Source: a virus
Reading direction: 5' to 3' (one strand)
DNA length: 64,000 bases
IMG/VR virus record: IMGVR_UViG_3300027742_000009
Coordinates: 1 to 64,000 of that record
The translations under genes were made by a program, and so were the position numbers. This document shows, piece after piece, positions 60,690 through 64,000 of the stretch (positions are counted from its first letter, which is position 1; each line of letters opens with the position of its first letter). The notes under the pieces were generated by a model that was given only the letters and a program-made list of their open reading frames with translations, was not told the DNA's origin and did not search any database.

Positions 60690-60891
60690 TTATTGTCCTC
60701 ATTGTCCCCGAACCAGATTGAAACAAAAGTCTAATGGTTCATGGAAATGTCCCAAGTGTGGTTGTATCTTCAGATTTATTCTGGTGAGATGGGATACTCT
60801 ATGTTTTGCGAAGCATCATCCAGACTATGGTGTGATAACTCTCAAGGAAATAAGAAAGAAGAAACGTAAGAGGAGAAAAAAGAAAAAGTGA
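60670..60891 (+). CDS. zinc-ribbon protein with poly-basic tail
   Basis: YCPHCP...WKCPKCGCIF; the C-terminus is KKKRKRRKKKK. Confidence 0.45.
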   Translation: MVVHSINYCPHCPRTRLKQKSNGSWKCPKCGCIFRFILVRWDTLCFAKHHPDYGVITLKEIRKKKRKRRKKKK

Positions 60892-61559
60892 AAAAGAAAT
60901 TAACGGAGTATTTCCACCCTCAATTAGTGGAGACTGGAAATGAAGAATCGGACTTGGGTAAAGAAGGATGGATAGCTGAGTTGAAATGTGATGGTTCAAG
61001 AGCAATTGCTGAGAGAACTAAAGAAGGATTCAAATTGTATGGGCGTAAAGGATTAACTTATACTGAGACTATTCCAGAGATTACTGAACAGTTAGAACGG
61101 ATTCCACAGTTGTTCCGTTTAGATGGAGAAATAGTTTATATAGATAAGGATGGACACCAGATTTTTAGTGGTAGCCAAAAGAGGACACAAGTTAGTAATC
61201 CAAAGAAAGTTAACGAGTATAAAAGATTGTATCCAGTAGGCTATTACATATTTGATTGTGTAATGCTTAATGGTATAGACTTAACTGACGTGGAATATAG
61301 AGGAAGAAGATATTTGCTGGAAGCATTCTTTAAACTTAATAATGCATTATATAACTTGAGTAATATTCGACTGGTTCCAACTTCAACAAATCATAAGTTA
61401 CTATTTGATTGGGCTATCAAAAATGGTTTGGAAGGAGTGGTATTGAAAAGATTGACTGGGAAATATGAAGTTGGTAAACGAAGCAAGAATTTCTTAAAGC
61501 TAAAGCGGAGAGACCACTCAATATTTACATTGGCTAATAACGGGCGGAGTTTACATTAA
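60888..61559 (+). CDS. ATP-dependent DNA (or RNA) ligase, nucleotidyltransferase domain only
   Basis: Motif I ELKCDGSR (KxDG), III LDGEIVY, IV YYIFDCV, V EGVVLKR, then FLKLKR. The ORF ends about 20 aa later, so no OB domain. Confidence 0.7.
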   Translation: MKKKLTEYFHPQLVETGNEESDLGKEGWIAELKCDGSRAIAERTKEGFKLYGRKGLTYTETIPEITEQLERIPQLFRLDGEIVYIDKDGHQIFSGSQKRTQVSNPKKVNEYKRLYPVGYYIFDCVMLNGIDLTDVEYRGRRYLLEAFFKLNNALYNLSNIRLVPTSTNHKLLFDWAIKNGLEGVVLKRLTGKYEVGKRSKNFLKLKRRDHSIFTLANNGRSLH

Positions 61560-61562
61560 ACC

Positions 61563-61570
61563 TTTATATA
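61563..61570 (+). promoter_or_regulatory. archaeal-type TATA box (TTTATATA)
   Basis: CCTTTATATAAGG lies 31 nt upstream of ATG 61601. Confidence 0.35.
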
Positions 61571-61591
61571 AGGCGAAGTGATAAGAAGTAA

Positions 61592-61786
61592 GTGATTAAA
61601 ATGTTGGTTGCGTTTATTGGATGTATAGCTGTTGTGGTTGGGGCAATATTCAATCGTGATAGTGGCATAAAAATAGGCTTTGCATTAATACTAATGGATT
61701 TAGTGCTTGAACTGGCAAACATTCACAATACTTTAACTGCAATTGGTAAAATAATACAAAATCTACGTGAGTGGATAAGAAAATAA
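61592..61786 (+). CDS. small two-TM membrane protein
   Basis: LVAFIGCIAVVVGAIF and IGFALILMDLVL. Likely start ATG 61601. Confidence 0.4.
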   Translation: MIKMLVAFIGCIAVVVGAIFNRDSGIKIGFALILMDLVLELANIHNTLTAIGKIIQNLREWIRK

Positions 61787-61794
61787 ATATATAG

Positions 61795-62772
61795 GTGATT
61801 AAATTGGAAGACCAAGAAAAGAAAGAAATGATTGATATTATCCGTCAAGCATTGAAACCAGAGAGTGAATTCTCGCTGGCTAATAAACCTTTTGCTGGAG
61901 AAGAGAAGGAAGAATCAGAAAAGTTTATTTTGAAGCCTAACGAATCTAAACAGATAGACAAGAAGTTGGAAATATTTACTACTGGAACTTTCATTGACAG
62001 TTTATTCTTGAATGGTAAAGGTGAACAAATCGGGGGAGTCCCTTTTGGCATCCAACTAGGGATAGCTGGACTCCCTGATGTTGGTAAAAGTATTCTAGTT
62101 CAAGAGATAGCTTTAAACGTTTGTAAAGACAGAAAAGTATTGTATATAACCAGCGAAGACGTGTGGCATACTGATACTGCACGTTTTGATTTGGAGTCAA
62201 GGATGAAGGAGAAAGCTGATTTCATATATGAAAAGGTAATTCCAGCAGATGAAAGACACATATCAAAAGAAGAGTTTTGGGATTTAATTAAAGAAAACCT
62301 TTTTGTTATGGATACAATTACTTATAGTGAACTTAACGATTGGTTTACTTTTGTGCAAGCTTATAAACATTGTATAGAGAAAGAAAAGATAGACTTAGTA
62401 ATAATTGATTCAGTAACGTTGCTGGATAATTATCGTGGAGCACTCAAGTATAGATTGATGGAGCTGGCAAAGTTTAACCAGTTAAACGGGGTTACTGCAA
62501 TCTTTATTAATCAACGTTCAAGTGATGATTGGGACACGTATAAGATGGCTGGGGGAATAGGTATTCCACATGGATTAGACAGCACATTAATTGTGGATTA
62601 TGGTAAAGCTTGGAATTCATTGGTTAAGAGAGACTTAGATGTTAAACAAGGAACATTTGTTAGGATAGCACGGTTGACTGGCTGTAGAATTTCGGGATTC
62701 ATGGGAAATTACATAGAGGTTGCTATTACTAAAGAGGGATTTTTAAGAGTAGTGGTGAAACCAGATGCATGA
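61795..62772 (+). CDS. RecA-superfamily ATPase, KaiC/RadA-like
   Basis: Walker A GLPDVGKS, Walker B DLVIIDSVTLLD, and the FINQ motif. Confidence 0.65.
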   Translation: MIKLEDQEKKEMIDIIRQALKPESEFSLANKPFAGEEKEESEKFILKPNESKQIDKKLEIFTTGTFIDSLFLNGKGEQIGGVPFGIQLGIAGLPDVGKSILVQEIALNVCKDRKVLYITSEDVWHTDTARFDLESRMKEKADFIYEKVIPADERHISKEEFWDLIKENLFVMDTITYSELNDWFTFVQAYKHCIEKEKIDLVIIDSVTLLDNYRGALKYRLMELAKFNQLNGVTAIFINQRSSDDWDTYKMAGGIGIPHGLDSTLIVDYGKAWNSLVKRDLDVKQGTFVRIARLTGCRISGFMGNYIEVAITKEGFLRVVVKPDA

Positions 62773-62995
62773 ACAGAGATTAGTTGAGTTACTAGCTAAT
62801 GCAGTTGTATGTTTTGAAAGGAGTTCTAATCCTTTCTCTAATAATGAATTGCTCAGGCTTAATGTTACTGCTGATGAATGTATAGATTTAAGTGTGGAAA
62901 TAGCTGATATACTTCAGAATGAATTGTATTTGATGATAGGTAGTAAATATGCTGAGGGTATATTGGAGAAGGTTAGGGAGATGAAACAAAAATGA
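62765..62995 (+). CDS. hypothetical protein
   Basis: 76-aa helical ORF. Confidence 0.4.
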   Translation: MHEQRLVELLANAVVCFERSSNPFSNNELLRLNVTADECIDLSVEIADILQNELYLMIGSKYAEGILEKVREMKQK

Positions 62996-63165
62996 GATTG
63001 GACTTAGACGAATTGGGATTCTTCGGAGTATTCATAGCTTTCACTCTATATATGATTACTATAGTTGAAGGTGTAATTGCTAAACTGTGGATTCTCGGTT
63101 GGTTATTGTGTGTTCTTGGCTTTGCAATTTACGTATTGAAGGAGAGAGAACAAAATGAACGATAA
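62992..63165 (+). CDS. small two-TM membrane protein (57 aa, below ORF-track cutoff)
   Basis: Hand translation MRLDLDELGFFGVFIAFTLYMITIVEGVIAKLWILGWLLCVLGFAIYVLKEREQNER. Confidence 0.35.
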   Translation: MRLDLDELGFFGVFIAFTLYMITIVEGVIAKLWILGWLLCVLGFAIYVLKEREQNER

Positions 63166-63613
63166 ACAAAAGTGGCGACAAGAACATAAAGACGAGATTA
63201 GGAAATATAATAGGAAATATCGTGAAACACATAAAGAACAAATTAAGAAATACCAGAAATATCATAAAGAATACTGGAGAAAATATTATAGAGAACACAG
63301 AGAACAAATTAAAGAACGTATGGAGAAATATAATAAAGAAATAAGGATGAAAGTGATTGAGTTGCTTGGTGGAAAATGTATTAAGTGTGGATTTAATGAT
63401 TGGAGAGCATTACAGATTGACCATGTTCATGGTGGTGGATGTAAGGAACGAAAAACAATCAGAGATACACATACATATTACTATCATGTAATAAAGGAAG
63501 TACAAAGTGGAAATAAAGACTACCAGTTATTATGTGCTAATTGTAACCAAATAAAGAAGTATGAAAAGAAAGAATTTAGAAACGTATTGGTTAAGAGAGA
63601 TGATGAGAAATGA
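63155..63613 (+). CDS. HNH endonuclease with N-terminal K/Y/H-rich repeats (intact paralogue of 9022-9451)
   Basis: CIKCGFNDWRALQIDHVHGGG ... LLCANCNQIKK; N-terminus RKYNRKYRETHKEQIKKYQKYHKEYWRKYYREH. Confidence 0.7.
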   Translation: MNDKQKWRQEHKDEIRKYNRKYRETHKEQIKKYQKYHKEYWRKYYREHREQIKERMEKYNKEIRMKVIELLGGKCIKCGFNDWRALQIDHVHGGGCKERKTIRDTHTYYYHVIKEVQSGNKDYQLLCANCNQIKKYEKKEFRNVLVKRDDEK

Positions 63614-63783
63614 CAAAAAAGAAAAAGTTTAAGTGGCTAGAGGAACACCCGTGTAAAGTGTGTGGACGAATGATACCGAAACCCATGATTTACTGTTCAT
63701 CAAAATGTAAGGAAATTGATGAGAAAAGAGGTAGTAATAAAATGAAAAATGATATACCTAAGTTATTGGAGTGGGACTTGTAA
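63610..63783 (+). CDS. small zinc-binding protein (57 aa)
   Basis: Hand translation MTKKKKFKWLEEHPCKVCGRMIPKPMIYCSSKCKEIDEK... Confidence 0.35.
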   Translation: MTKKKKFKWLEEHPCKVCGRMIPKPMIYCSSKCKEIDEKRGSNKMKNDIPKLLEWDL

Positions 63784-63890
63784 TGGATTATTATCGGATT
63801 GTGGCGGTTATACTTTCAATGGTTCTATTACTCGTAACTTATGCAATTATAAAATATCTTAGTTGGAAAGAGGAAGATGAATATGCCTAA
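63783..63890 (+). CDS. small single-TM peptide (35 aa)
   Basis: MDYYRIVAVILSMVLLLVTYAIIKYLSWKEEDEYA; TAATG overlap. Confidence 0.25.
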   Translation: MDYYRIVAVILSMVLLLVTYAIIKYLSWKEEDEYA

Positions 63891-64000
63891 AATATTAGTG
63901 AAACAAATTAACAATGATAAATCTACTACTATAGTTTACGCTGGAGAAAAAAGAGAAGTTGTGTTGATAACTGGAGTTAGCCCTTGGGTTTACCAAGTTG
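63883..64000 (+). CDS. 5' end of an ORF running off the window (partial)
   Basis: MPKILVKQINNDKSTTIVYAGEKREVVLITGVSPWVYQV... Confidence 0.25.
   Translation, partial: MPKILVKQINNDKSTTIVYAGEKREVVLITGVSPWVYQV

Noticed and set aside
1-64000. CRISPR arrays, tRNA or rRNA genes, integrase or att sites, reverse transcriptase/DGR, DNA polymerase
   Set aside because: I inspected every gap longer than about 40 nt and saw no regularly spaced repeats, no cloverleaf-like GTTCGAATC-type T-arm sequences and no rRNA-like segments. No ORF shows integrase (R..HxxR..Y), RT (YxDD) or polB (DTDS) motifs. By-eye scanning of 64 kb is not exhaustive, so tRNAscan, Infernal and minced runs are still advisable.

Overview
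AT-rich (about one third G+C by eye), very densely coded 64-kb window with about 100 ORFs, many with overlapping stop/start codons (ATGA, TAATG). All calls come from reading the supplied translations and the DNA by eye; no searches were run. It reads as part of the genome of a head-tailed (HK97-type) dsDNA virus or provirus of an archaeon. Virion genes: large terminase (20697-22370, -), portal candidate carrying a LAGLIDADG intein (46516-50049), prohead-protease-like ORF (184-843), major capsid candidate (24150-25157), HK97 gp10-like connector, short tape measure (3473-4501), and lectin-domain tail, baseplate and fibre proteins (4498-8557, 50660-56415). Archaeal-host indicators: a membrane-anchored LonB-type protease, a RadA recombinase, a PriS-like primase with a C-terminal Cys cluster, an eS30-like ORF, TTTATATA boxes 20-40 nt upstream of starts, and GGTGA Shine-Dalgarno sequences. 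Replication and repair genes: P-loop helicase-like ATPase, Cas4-like nuclease, metallophosphoesterase, minimal ATP-dependent DNA ligase, KaiC/RecA-like ATPase, HNH endonucleases (one frameshifted), and an SPPY-type DNA methyltransferase. The most striking content is an 11-gene, translationally coupled glycan-biosynthesis island (35110-45107) with three more glycosyltransferases and a SemiSWEET-like ORF elsewhere. Other notable items: a coupled phosphoesterase/Zn-finger/LonB/Cas4-like/transglutaminase-like operon (15206-19938); a convergent fibre module whose two large proteins share a C-terminal ~14-aa [FY]-E-E-T repeat tail; a candidate -1 frameshift (T TTT TTA); a G8 tract inside a glycosyltransferase; and a 600-nt gene-poor region with a GT-only stretch and an orphan promoter plus hairpin. 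I saw no tRNA, rRNA, CRISPR array, integrase, reverse transcriptase or DNA polymerase.
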